In this document: piece after piece, positions 55,310 through 64,000 of the stretch
Layout: each line of letters begins with the position of its first letter
How positions within the stretch are numbered: position 1 is the stretch's first letter
Assembly: GCA_965262065.1 (NCBI GenBank)
Contig: OZ253497.1
Span: forward strand, 493,637-557,636
DNA length: 64,000 bases
DNA from: Dehalococcoidia bacterium
Lineage (GTDB): Bacteria > Chloroflexota > Dehalococcoidia > Lucifugimonadales > Lucifugimonadaceae
Direction: 5' to 3'
The notes under the pieces: generated by a model
The model's input: only the letters and a program-made list of their open reading frames with translations
Told to the model about the DNA's origin: nothing
The model's database searches: none
Position numbers and translations under genes: made by a program

Positions 55310-57055
55310 CTAGACGTCTACGGGAACCAGAATAATAAGTGGGCGGCGACGGGTTCGTTTTCCCAGGAACCGGCCGGCCGCCACCCTGAGTTGCTGTTCA
55401 ATCTGCGTCCACTTTATTGATTCGCTTCTCGCCCGGTCAAGGATGGGAGAAAGCGCGTCTTTGGTGTCTTTGAAAAGGACATCGGACTGATCGGAGTGAA
55501 CGAACCCGGCTGAGACGAATTTCGGTTCGCCTTTTATTCGACCATCGCGCCCTCGGGCCAGAGAAACGACCACGATTCCGTCTCGGGCGAGGGAGCGCCT
55601 TTCGACCACGACGTTTCCGGATTCGTCCCACATACCGAGACCGTGGACGAACACGTGCCCCGCCGGGAGCCGGTCGATGATCTCACCCCCCGTTGCGGAA
55701 AGCTCGAGATGGTCGCCGTCGGTGAGGACAAAGACATTCTCTTCGGCCACGCCATGATTCATTGCCAGTTCTGCATGGGCTTTTAGCATCCGGTACTCGC
55801 CATGGACAGGGACGAAATAGCGGGGTTGAGTGAGGTTGATAATCGTCCGAAGCTCCTCGCGGCGTGCATGCCCCTGCACGTGAGTTACTTGCTGCCGATT
55901 CGTAATGACCCGTGCGCCCAATCTGACCAGGTCGTCTATCGACTCGTTTACAGACACTTCGTTGCCAGGTATCGCGTTCGCCGAGATGACGATCGTGTCC
56001 CCCTCCCTGGCATCCACATCCCTGTGTTCCCCGCGTGACATCCTGACCAGGACCGAAGAGGCTTCGCCCTGGCTGCCTGTCGTCATGTACAGGACCCTGT
56101 GGTCGGGCAGACTTGCCGCCTCGGCGGGTTTCACCATCAGTTCCTGGGGAATGTCGAGGTGGCCGAGGTCCCGAGCTATACGAATGTTGTTGATCATGCT
56201 TCTGCCGAGCACCGCCAGTTTCCGGCCGGTGGCCCGAGCCGCGTCCGCAGCTATCTGCACACGTGCGATTTGCGAAGCGAAACTGGCGACGAACACTCGA
56301 CCCTCAGCCTCTCCGATTACTTTGAACAGCCCTTCGGCCGCGATGCGGTCCGACCCCGAGTAGCCTTCATCCTCGGCGTAGGTCGAGTCGGAAAGAAGCA
56401 GGAAAACGCCATCCCTGGAAATTCGCGCCAGGTCGGTAAAGTCGGTCGGATCGCCTACTACCGGATCGTGGTCGATCTTGAAGTCACCGGTGTGAATCAC
56501 GGCGCCCAACGGCGTGTGGACCGCGATGCCGTGCGCGTCCGGGATGCTGTGGCACACAGGGAACCACTCGGCAGTTAGCTCGCCTGCCCGAACGGTCTGG
56601 CCGGGCCTTGCGATACGCAGGTCCGTCGAATCAAGACGGCGGGACTCGCGTAGTTTGTTTCGCAGCAGCTCGACGGCCATCGGCGGCGCGTATACAGGCG
56701 CAGATACGTGGTCGACCAAATAAGGCACAGCGCCGATGTGGTCTTCGTGGCCGTGGGTGATCAGGATCGCCCGGACCCTGTCGGAGTTTTCCGACAAATA
56801 ATCGAGGTTGGGGATGACGACTTCGACGCCCGGCATGTCGAACTCCGGAAAGAGCACGCCGGCATCGATGACGACAATGTCCTCGTCTACTTCGAGGACC
56901 ATCATGTTCTTGCCGATCTCCCCAAGGCCGCCGAGTGGCAGCAACTTGAGAGTGGGCCGTTTTCCCGGTCCTAGCGGCATTTGTTTGGGAGCTTCATGTA
57001 TGTATGTGGCAGGAGATACCTCCAATTGCGGAGTTGATTCGCGTCGATGGCCCAT
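55310..57055 (-). CDS. rnj: ribonuclease J
   Basis: Metallo-beta-lactamase 'ILITHGHEDHIGAVPYL' followed by beta-CASP and C-terminal domains. The start may be an internal Met. Confidence 0.9.
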   Translation of the reverse strand: MGHRRESTPQLEVSPATYIHEAPKQMPLGPGKRPTLKLLPLGGLGEIGKNMMVLEVDEDIVVIDAGVLFPEFDMPGVEVVIPNLDYLSENSDRVRAILITHGHEDHIGAVPYLVDHVSAPVYAPPMAVELLRNKLRESRRLDSTDLRIARPGQTVRAGELTAEWFPVCHSIPDAHGIAVHTPLGAVIHTGDFKIDHDPVVGDPTDFTDLARISRDGVFLLLSDSTYAEDEGYSGSDRIAAEGLFKVIGEAEGRVFVASFASQIARVQIAADAARATGRKLAVLGRSMINNIRIARDLGHLDIPQELMVKPAEAASLPDHRVLYMTTGSQGEASSVLVRMSRGEHRDVDAREGDTIVISANAIPGNEVSVNESIDDLVRLGARVITNRQQVTHVQGHARREELRTIINLTQPRYFVPVHGEYRMLKAHAELAMNHGVAEENVFVLTDGDHLELSATGGEIIDRLPAGHVFVHGLGMWDESGNVVVERRSLARDGIVVVSLARGRDGRIKGEPKFVSAGFVHSDQSDVLFKDTKDALSPILDRARSESIKWTQIEQQLRVAAGRFLGKRTRRRPLIILVPVDV

Positions 57056-57073
57056 TGCTGGAGACTATCGCGG

Positions 57074-57796
57074 TCAAAACATAGTCATTTGTTCGTTTTC
57101 GTCTTCGACGTCCGAATAGCCTGTGGTATCAGTCGATTGATCCGTCGTACCTGGCTTTTCAGTCGGTTGGTCCGCGTGCTGTCGTGCGCGGTCGTTCGGC
57201 GTCGCTGATTCCACGGGAGTTAGAGCTGCGAGAATCGCCTGTGGGAGCCGCTTGAAGTCCTCAACAGTGGCCTCCATGACTTGCGTCGATCTCAACGCCG
57301 CGGCCGGGTGATACAGGGGGTATATGACCCGGCCTTGCCAACGCTTTATCGTGCCGTGGTCCCGCGAAATTCGTGCGTCCGGAACGAAGCGCAAAAGGGA
57401 GTGCCTGCCAAGCGTCGCGATCACTCTTGGGTTGAGCAATTCGATTTGTGCTTTCAGGTAACCGCTACAGGCGGCTACCTCGTCCGGCAGCGGGTCCCGA
57501 TTGTCCGGCGGGCGGCACTTGACGATGTTCGTGATGAACACATCCTCTCGCCTGATGGGCACGGAACCAAGGAGGTCATCAAGCAACTTCCCCGCCCTCC
57601 CTACAAACGGCCGACCCTGTTGGTCCTCGTTGAATCCTGGCCCCTCGCCTATGAACATCACGGCCGCCGCGGTCGAACCCTCGCCGGGAACGGCCTGCGT
57701 CCGTGTTTCGGCCAGCCGGCAGAGTGTGCAAGCAATTACGTCGTTGGAAACGGACTCGAGTGAATCCCAGGATTGCAGACCGGCAGGCGGGGGCAT
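57074..57796 (-). CDS. uracil-DNA glycosylase, family 4
   Basis: 'CTLCRL', 'FIGEGPGFNEDQQGRPFVGRAGKLLD', 'LYHPAAALR'. ATG at 57794-57796 lies within track ORF 57074..57880. Confidence 0.88.
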   Translation of the reverse strand: MPPPAGLQSWDSLESVSNDVIACTLCRLAETRTQAVPGEGSTAAAVMFIGEGPGFNEDQQGRPFVGRAGKLLDDLLGSVPIRREDVFITNIVKCRPPDNRDPLPDEVAACSGYLKAQIELLNPRVIATLGRHSLLRFVPDARISRDHGTIKRWQGRVIYPLYHPAAALRSTQVMEATVEDFKRLPQAILAALTPVESATPNDRARQHADQPTEKPGTTDQSTDTTGYSDVEDENEQMTMF

Positions 57797-58015
57797 TTTC
57801 GTGAACGGAATAAGAGCGCGAAAGGAAGGGGTAGAAATACAATTCCAAGTTATCACAAACGCCCGGGCGCGCCTGAACAATCTGGAAGACTTCAGTACGT
57901 CCCAAGGATGTCCCCGCCGATTTGCCGGCGCGACGGGGAATCGGTCAAGCAGACCGGTAGAGAGCTATCGGCCTTTTCGCGAAGTGCCGTCTTGCCCTTC
58001 GGCGACGGCGGAGCG

Positions 58016-58273
58016 CTAGCTGCTTATGCCGCGCTCGCTGAGGTACGTGACGGCGTCGTTGACCGTCCTGATGTTCTCAGCGTCTTCGTCGGAGATCTCA
58101 AGGGGCTGTTCGTCGCTGCCGAACTCTTCCTCGATGGCCATTATCAGTTCGACGACGTCCAGGGAGTCGGCGTTCAGGTCTTCGGTGAATGATGACTCGG
58201 CGGTTATCTCGTCCGTGTCCACGCTAAGTTTGTCTGCTGTGATGTCGCGCACCCGCTCGAACACGGTGGCCAT
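58016..58273 (-). CDS. acpP: acyl carrier protein
   Basis: '[21 protein letters not shown]' (the phosphopantetheine Ser is in DSLD). Confidence 0.95.
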   Translation of the reverse strand: MATVFERVRDITADKLSVDTDEITAESSFTEDLNADSLDVVELIMAIEEEFGSDEQPLEISDEDAENIRTVNDAVTYLSERGISS

Positions 58274-58376
58274 GTGCCTCTACCTCCGCGATTTCCTTGT
58301 TACGGCCACATTTGGCCCAAAATCGGTCAATTCGTGTTTTAGTGCGTGATCTAAAAAACAGATCGACGCAGTCCAA

Positions 58377-58907
58377 TTATCGTAGCAGAGCGCCAAGGAC
58401 ACCGTTAACGAATTTCCCGGATGATTCTGAGCCGAACAAACCGGCGACCTCTACCGCCTCGTTTATGATCACCGCCACGGGAAGGTCCGGAAAGGCGCGG
58501 AACTCCGCCAAAGCCACCCGTAGAACGCTTCGGTCAATCGTCGCCATCTGGCCGGTCGGAAATTCGTCAGCGCTCTCGCTTATCTGTCTGTCGAGATGGA
58601 GGCGGTCCGGCTCAACCCGTTCGACAAGACTCGAGGCGAACTCCAGCAGGCGTTTACTTAGTCCCTGCTCCTCGGCCAGACGATGGAGGGCGGCTTGGGC
58701 CGGACGGCCGTTCAGATCGGTCTCGTAGAGGGCCTGCACCACCAACGCCCGGGCCCTGCGTCTACCATCCGGCAGGGGAGGTGAGACTTCACTCACCGGA
58801 TCGCCTTCGACCAGATCCGTAAGGCGGTCGTTCAGGGCTTCACTGTCGGATTCGCCCGCGTCCGAGGTCGAAATCGCGGCGGCAGGCATCATATCGGGCG
58901 CCGTCAA
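58377..58907 (-). CDS. nusB: transcription antitermination factor NusB (N-terminally extended ORF)
   Basis: 'RRRARALVVQALYETDL', 'NEAVEVAGLFGSESSGKFVNGVLG'. Confidence 0.85.
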   Translation of the reverse strand: MTAPDMMPAAAISTSDAGESDSEALNDRLTDLVEGDPVSEVSPPLPDGRRRARALVVQALYETDLNGRPAQAALHRLAEEQGLSKRLLEFASSLVERVEPDRLHLDRQISESADEFPTGQMATIDRSVLRVALAEFRAFPDLPVAVIINEAVEVAGLFGSESSGKFVNGVLGALLR

Positions 58908-58929
58908 AGTTGGTTATCGCGGTATGCGG

Positions 58930-59868
58930 CTAGGCCGCTGCGTAGGCGCAAGCGCCCGCGTAATCTCCAATGCTCGTTACCGAAACCTTACGGTCGATCC
59001 GCTTTATCAGGCCACCCAAGACCCGTCCCGGACCGAGTTCGACGTAATGTCTCACGCCACTGTCGAGCATGAAGCCCATCGTGCGGTTCCACTGCACGCA
59101 TGACATCAGTTGGAGCCGCAGCTCTTCCTTTATTTCACCAGCGGTGTTCAACGCTTTCGCCTCGACATTGCCGACGATCGGGATCACGGGGTCGTTGAAT
59201 TTGAGAGATTCGATCAATTCGTTGAGTTCATGTTGAGCAGGCGCCATGAGACCGGAGTGAAATGCGCCGGCGACCGAGAGCGGAATGGCCTTGCGGGCGC
59301 CTCTTGCGGCCGCAAGGTCGATGGCTCTGGCGAGCTCCATGTGACTGCCACTGATAATTATCTGCCCGGGAGCGTTGATGTTGGACGTGTAGGCGCCGGT
59401 TTCGCGGCACACCTCTGCCGCCGTAACCTCATCTATCCCAATGAGCGCCGCCATTCCACCGGGCCGATCGTCACACGCGCCCTGCATGAACCGGCCTCGC
59501 TGGGCCACCAAACGGACTACGTCTGAAATAGAGAGAACACCGGCAACGGCCAGGGCCGTGTATTCGCCGAGGCTGTGGCCAGCCGCCATATCGGGGGCCT
59601 GCGGACTGCCCGTTACCTCTTCAAGAGTCTTCCAGACGGCCAACGACACCGCCGCAATAGCCGGCTGAGCGTTTTCGGTACGGGTCAGGACGTCGGCCGG
59701 ACCTTCAAACATGATCGAACTGAGTTTCAGGCCAAGGGCGTCGTCTACCTCGTCGAATACCGCCCTCGAAGCGGGGGAAGCAGAGTAGAGTTTCTTACCC
59801 ATTCCCACCGCCTGCGATCCCTGACCAGGAAACAGGTACGCAATTTTGTCACCGCTTGGAACTGGCAT
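58930..59868 (-). CDS. fabD: malonyl-CoA:ACP transacylase
   Basis: 'AYLFPGQGSQAVGMG', 'AGHSLGEYTAL', 'VAGAFHS'. Confidence 0.95.
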   Translation of the reverse strand: MPVPSGDKIAYLFPGQGSQAVGMGKKLYSASPASRAVFDEVDDALGLKLSSIMFEGPADVLTRTENAQPAIAAVSLAVWKTLEEVTGSPQAPDMAAGHSLGEYTALAVAGVLSISDVVRLVAQRGRFMQGACDDRPGGMAALIGIDEVTAAEVCRETGAYTSNINAPGQIIISGSHMELARAIDLAAARGARKAIPLSVAGAFHSGLMAPAQHELNELIESLKFNDPVIPIVGNVEAKALNTAGEIKEELRLQLMSCVQWNRTMGFMLDSGVRHYVELGPGRVLGGLIKRIDRKVSVTSIGDYAGACAYAAA

Positions 59869-59908
59869 TCTCAGAAATACTCCCCGGGCATGCTATCGCT
59901 GACGGCGA

Positions 59909-60124
59909 TTATCGCTCGGTCTCTTCTGTGGCGGCATTTTCGCCGCCCTGGTCAGCCGTGATATAGCGGCCATTGTAATATCCGCACTCGCCGCATGCCC
60001 GGTGAGGCAACCGCGTAGCGCCGCACGCGGAACACGTGGAGAGGGTCACACGCGTTAAGCCGTGATGCGCCGCCCTACCGCCTTTTCGGGCGCGGGAGTG
60101 CTTTTTCTTGGGTAGTGGTGGCAT
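59909..60124 (-). CDS. rpmF: 50S ribosomal protein L32
   Basis: 'PKKKHSRARKGGRAAH', 'CSACGATRLPHRACGECGYY'. Confidence 0.93.
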   Translation of the reverse strand: MPPLPKKKHSRARKGGRAAHHGLTRVTLSTCSACGATRLPHRACGECGYYNGRYITADQGGENAATEETER

Positions 60125-60160
60125 CGCTTCTCTGGTTTCAGTTGGTGTAGTACATGCTGG

Positions 60161-60742
60161 TCAACCGGCAGGGCCCTTCAGACCAAGGCCGATCTCCGCC
60201 AATGCGCTCCACTGTGGGTTTTCAATCGTTTCTTCGCATTCGCAGGCTTCGGAATCGAGCCGGACTGAGCACCAGGCGCAATGTCCCTCGCAATCATCAC
60301 GGCACAATGGGGCCATGGGAATTGCACTTGTCAGCGATTGCCGGACCGCTTCGCCAAGATCGACAAAGTTCCGTTCGTCGATCCGAAAGACCTGTTCTTC
60401 AGGGTCGATCGGGAACGGATCTATGTCCATTAAGCCGGCGTTTACCGGAAAGTACTCCTGCTCGATTGTGGTCCTGAGTTCAATGAGGGCGGGATCGAGG
60501 CAGCGTGCACACCTACTCGTCGTGTGCCCACTGACTTCCGCAGTCGCCAAGATGGTCCGGCCAGTGTGAAGTAGTTGCACCTGACCCGAAATATCCCGGA
60601 ATTCTTCGTACTCGGTTTCGAGAAACTCACCATCCAGGTCAAAATATCGAGTGGCGCCCGTCGGCCCCATCATCAGTCCGGATACGTTGAATATCATCGT
60701 GCCGAATTCGACCAGAAGCCGCGCGCGTGCCCATCCGGGCAC
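60161..60742 (-). CDS. yceD: YceD/DUF177 family protein
   Basis: It sits in the conserved position upstream of rpmF. Motifs: 'CARCLDP' and 'CRDDCEGHCAWC'. Confidence 0.8.
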   Translation of the reverse strand: MPGWARARLLVEFGTMIFNVSGLMMGPTGATRYFDLDGEFLETEYEEFRDISGQVQLLHTGRTILATAEVSGHTTSRCARCLDPALIELRTTIEQEYFPVNAGLMDIDPFPIDPEEQVFRIDERNFVDLGEAVRQSLTSAIPMAPLCRDDCEGHCAWCSVRLDSEACECEETIENPQWSALAEIGLGLKGPAG

Positions 60743-60888
60743 AAAGCGGAATACTATTCCCGGCGGTCGAATGTGTCAATATTCACAAAGTCCACAGAGC
60801 GGTATCGTAACCTGCCGGCAACATGTGTAGACGCCCGCGGGAGAGCTTCTCGCGGCGTGACGGCCCGTTGACGACGCCCCGGGCGCCG

Positions 60889-62091
60889 TCAGTCCGAGGA
60901 ATTCCCCAACAGCGCCCGAGAGATAACGATTCGCTGAATCTCGGACGTTCCCTCGTATATCTCTGTAACCCGTTGGTCGCGGTAGATTCGTTCGACTGCG
61001 CTGGGCCGGAAGTATCCGGCGCCGCCGTGGATCTGCAGCGCTTTGGACGCGATACGCCCAGCGGCCTCCGATGCAAACAGCTTGGCCATCGCCGCTTCGG
61101 CGCCATGAGGCAAACCGGCGTCGTAAAGGCTGGCCGCGCGAAATGTGAGCAGGCGCGCCGCATCGAGTTCGGTCGCCATGTCAGCAAGCATGAACTGTAT
61201 GGCCTGACGGGAGGCGATCGGCCGTCCAAACGATTCCCGATGCCGTGCGTATTCGATAGCCGCCTCAAGAGCGCCTCGTCCAAGTCCGACACACTGCGCC
61301 CCGATCATGATGCGGCTCGAATTCAGGATCGCCAGCGCGGTCCGATAGCCTGAGCCCTCTTCACCGAGCAAATTGGCTCTCGGCACCCGGCAGTTCTCGA
61401 ACACGAGTTCGGCCGTGCCGGATCCTCGCATCCCCATGTTCCCGTGCTGCGGATTGGCGGTGAACCCCGGCGTGCCCTTTTCGACCACGATGGCGTTGAT
61501 CCCGCGATATCCGGCTGAACGGTCCTGATTCGCAAATACAACGAAGACATCGGCAACAGCGCCATTGGTGCAAAAGACCTTGTTGCCATTCAGGACAAAG
61601 TCGTCACCGTCGGGAATGGCGGTCGTGACGAGTCCGAGGGCGTCGCTGCCGGACTGCGGTTCTGTGAGCGCGAACGCGGCCACGCGTTTCCCTGACGCCA
61701 GGTCGGGTATCCAACGGCGCTTCTGGGCTTCATTGCCCATTTGATTGATCGGCTGTGAGCCAAGAGAAACGTGGGTGATGAAGACTGTGCTCGTCGATCC
61801 GCATGCCGCCGCGACTTCTTCAACCACAACCATCATGTCTCTGTAGCCGCCGCCCGCCCCTCCGTACGCCTCGTCAAGCGTCAGGCCCGTAACGCCCAGC
61901 CCGGCCAGCCCTGCCAACTGGGTGAATGGGAATTCTCCCGATTCGTCTACGTTTGATGCATACGGCGCCAACTCGGCCGCGGCGAACTCCGAGACCGCGC
62001 CAAGAAGCATGTTCTGCTGTTCTGAGTAAAGAGGCTTCAACGACTTTGCCAAACCGCGGGGATACTTGACCGGACTCGCAATACGATACAT
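60889..62091 (-). CDS. acyl-CoA dehydrogenase
   Basis: 'AFALTEPQSGSDA', 'QIHGGAGY', 'YEGTSEIQR'. Confidence 0.9.
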   Translation of the reverse strand: MYRIASPVKYPRGLAKSLKPLYSEQQNMLLGAVSEFAAAELAPYASNVDESGEFPFTQLAGLAGLGVTGLTLDEAYGGAGGGYRDMMVVVEEVAAACGSTSTVFITHVSLGSQPINQMGNEAQKRRWIPDLASGKRVAAFALTEPQSGSDALGLVTTAIPDGDDFVLNGNKVFCTNGAVADVFVVFANQDRSAGYRGINAIVVEKGTPGFTANPQHGNMGMRGSGTAELVFENCRVPRANLLGEEGSGYRTALAILNSSRIMIGAQCVGLGRGALEAAIEYARHRESFGRPIASRQAIQFMLADMATELDAARLLTFRAASLYDAGLPHGAEAAMAKLFASEAAGRIASKALQIHGGAGYFRPSAVERIYRDQRVTEIYEGTSEIQRIVISRALLGNSSD

Positions 62092-62204
62092 ACAATGGAC
62101 GAGGCAAAGACCATGCCGCGGCTACCGATCAGGACCGATTGGACGTCCGAACAGCCGACTGACGGATGTCGCCGGACTGTCCTCCGCCTGCACTAACGCA
62201 GGCT

Positions 62205-62762
62205 TCAGATCCGTCTGGAAAATACCCTCACTGACGACGTCTCAAACTCACATGCCATCAGGAAGGCCGCGTCGCGAGCGTCTTCGGCCCTTAGGACCGA
62301 ATATATCCGCTCGAGTCCTTGTGCCCGGCAGTAATCCACCAAAGCGTCTATGAGCCGACGGCCCACACCGCGGCGCTGCATCTCCGGGGTGACCGTCAAG
62401 GCGACAATGCGCGCGCCGGGCGGCAATCCGTAGCCCGACGACTGCTTTTCCGAGATCAGGAATCCAGCCAACTCCCCATCTTGCTCCGCCACGAAACAGC
62501 CCCACGGCGGGTGTGGAAGCACATCGAGTTCGCTTACTGCAAGGAATCTCTCGAGGTAAGTAGCCCACGTCTGTGAACGCTCGGAGCCCAGGATGCGTTT
62601 GTCCAGCTCGCGGACCATTTCCGAGTCCGATTGCATTAGTTGACGGATCTGCAAGTACGACCTCCGTAAGTTTCGAATCTCATCACCATCGTAGAGTATT
62701 CTCGCGTCGAAGGGCCCTAGGGTATTCGGAACATCGCTACATGACGTGTCGGGCGCGCCCAT
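62205..62762 (-). CDS. GNAT family N-acetyltransferase
   Basis: Acetyl-CoA site 'LTVTPEMQRRGVGRRLIDAL'. Confidence 0.8.
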   Translation of the reverse strand: MGAPDTSCSDVPNTLGPFDARILYDGDEIRNLRRSYLQIRQLMQSDSEMVRELDKRILGSERSQTWATYLERFLAVSELDVLPHPPWGCFVAEQDGELAGFLISEKQSSGYGLPPGARIVALTVTPEMQRRGVGRRLIDALVDYCRAQGLERIYSVLRAEDARDAAFLMACEFETSSVRVFSRRI

Positions 62763-62838
62763 GATGGGAACTCCGTAGAATCACGTTACGGCGCCGCTGC
62801 AGGAAACCAGACTAATTTCGACGGCGCGGGAGTGCAAC

Positions 62839-63393
62839 GTGCGTGTTCTCGGCATCGATCCCGGCTTAGGCAACACCGGATACGGCGTTATCGACACCAC
62901 GGGCCGAGATTACTCTGCCGTCGAGGGTGGCGTGATAACCACGCGCGCCGCCTCGCCGCTCGAGGAGCGCCTCCTGACGATCTTCCAGGACATTCGAGGT
63001 GTGATCAGCGCCAACAAACCCGATGTCATGGCGGTTGAGGACCTACACTCGCGATACGTCAATCTCAAGACCGCGATAGTGATGGGGCACGCGCGCGGGG
63101 TTGTGTGCATGGCCGCGGCGGAGGCCGGTATTCCGGTTTTCAACTATCAGCCGACAAGAGCTAAAAACGCCGTGACCGGGTACGGACGGGCCAGCAAGGA
63201 GCAGATCAGGAGCGCGGTCGCAGCACATCTCGACGAGCCGGACGCGGCCCGCAACGAACATGTGGCCGACGCTTTTGCGATTGCGATTTGCCACGCAATC
63301 ATGGCCGATAGCAAGGCGGTAGCGGCGATAGCGGCGGCGGGAAGCGGCGCTGGACGCGGCCGAAGGAAAAAAACAGCGGCCATTAAGGCATGA
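62839..63393 (+). CDS. ruvC: crossover junction endodeoxyribonuclease RuvC
   Basis: GTG start. Motifs: 'RVLGIDPGLGNTGYGVI', 'MAVEDLH', 'DAFAIAICH'. Confidence 0.93.
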   Translation: MRVLGIDPGLGNTGYGVIDTTGRDYSAVEGGVITTRAASPLEERLLTIFQDIRGVISANKPDVMAVEDLHSRYVNLKTAIVMGHARGVVCMAAAEAGIPVFNYQPTRAKNAVTGYGRASKEQIRSAVAAHLDEPDAARNEHVADAFAIAICHAIMADSKAVAAIAAAGSGAGRGRRKKTAAIKA

Positions 63394-63457
63394 TCCGGGT
63401 CTGCGGGGTCTACACGCCAAGTCGTAAGGTGATGCAAAACGGCGGACGGGCGATACC

Positions 63458-64000
63458 ATGATCACCTATCTCAATGGACGAATAAGGACCCTGAATCGCG
63501 ATCCAGCCCGCGCGGTGGTCGTCTGCGGGGGGGTAGGGTATGAGGTCACCCTGCCTGTATTTGTCCAGCAGTCACTGACAGATGCGGGGTTGAACGTGGG
63601 CGACGAAGTCGAATTGGAAATCTACTACCACGTCACGGACCGTCAGCCAAAACCGTTGCTTGTGGGGTTCAGGCTTCCCGACGAGCGCGAGTTTTTCGAG
63701 CAGCTTGTGCAGGTCGAGGGGATCGGCCCTGTTCGTGCCGCCGCGGCTCTCGTCTTCCCTGTGTCGGTAATCGCACGCGCCATCGAATCCGAGGACACCT
63801 CAGTCCTGACACAGCTTCCCGGCGTCGGTGCAAGGGCGGCACAGAAAATGATCGCCACTCTGCGCGGAAAAGTTACTGCGACCGCATTACTACGGGACGA
63901 AGGGATTCCAGAGTCACGGTCGGCCACCCCGGTTGCCGATCCCCGCGTCGAGGCCGTCGACGTGCTGGTAAGTCTGGGCTACCGGCCCATCGAAGCGCGT
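63458..64000 (+). CDS. ruvA: Holliday junction DNA helicase RuvA (3' end cut by window edge)
   Basis: Hand translation from ATG 63458 is open to 64000 (181 codons): 'MITYLNGRI..GGVGYEV', 'FEQLVQVEGIGPVRA', 'LTQLPGVGARAAQKMI'. It is not in the ORF track because no stop lies within the window. Confidence 0.9.
   Translation, partial: MITYLNGRIRTLNRDPARAVVVCGGVGYEVTLPVFVQQSLTDAGLNVGDEVELEIYYHVTDRQPKPLLVGFRLPDEREFFEQLVQVEGIGPVRAAAALVFPVSVIARAIESEDTSVLTQLPGVGARAAQKMIATLRGKVTATALLRDEGIPESRSATPVADPRVEAVDVLVSLGYRPIEAR

Noticed and set aside
1-64000. tRNA, rRNA, tmRNA, RNase P or integrase/transposase genes
   Set aside because: I scanned non-coding gaps for T-loop-like GGTTCRAATCC motifs and cloverleaf-sized GC-rich segments and found none. 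No ORF shows recombinase or transposase motifs. A covariance-model scan is still advisable.

Overview
This is a high-GC bacterial chromosomal window. Hand counts of single 100-nt stretches gave about 75 % G+C in core genes and 39-52 % in four short islands. I support about 60 protein-coding genes. I found no rRNA, tRNA or CRISPR array. A sortase, heme A synthase, many enolase-superfamily paralogues and no outer-membrane genes would fit a monoderm marine Chloroflexota (SAR202-like) organism, but that is inference only.

Core gene blocks:
- trpA-aroH-aroG-ribF-tyrS plus a class V aminotransferase
- ftsH
- infC-rpmI-rplT
- ctaA and a sortase
- tsaD
- thiG-thiE-thiS behind a TPP riboswitch
- a fused accD/accA, ftsK, rnj and a family-4 UDG
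- acpP-nusB-fabD-rpmF-yceD
- ruvC-ruvA

A sugar-acid-type catabolic supercluster spans about 24.2-38.2 kb and 44.3-46.9 kb. It holds five enolase-superfamily dehydratase paralogues, an HpcH aldolase, UxuA-like and PhnA-like enzymes, an FAD oxidoreductase, an aldo/keto reductase and a tandem pair of SelA-fold PLP enzymes. No transporter or regulator is visible in it.

Most notable observations:
1. Gene 3840..5276 (-) is annotated as three ORFs but reads as one exported two-domain redoxin. It has two in-frame TGA codons, each exactly at the first Cys of the CxxC motif (U-x-x-C), and each is followed by the same hairpin. I call it a probable double-selenocysteine protein.
2. A low-GC segment of about 1.5 kb carries a RelA/SpoT-domain (small alarmone synthetase / toxSAS-like) gene. 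It is bracketed by diverged 81-nt direct repeats that duplicate the 3' end of the adjacent enolase gene.
3. The same 'displaced 3' end' architecture recurs twice more within 9 kb. One case is an AKR 3' fragment beyond a ~39 % GC insert. The other is a class IV aminotransferase pseudogene and an intact copy bracketing a Pro-repeat CAP-domain protein and an excisionase-like HTH gene. This suggests repeated Campbell-type integrations.
4. Short palindromic GTCAYYC-type repeats, a nested 97-nt MITE-like insertion and a 3 x 46-nt tandem repeat lie upstream of tsaD.
5. A low-GC left-edge block holds an orphan-looking DNA methyltransferase, a methyltransferase remnant and a protein built on a duplicated module.
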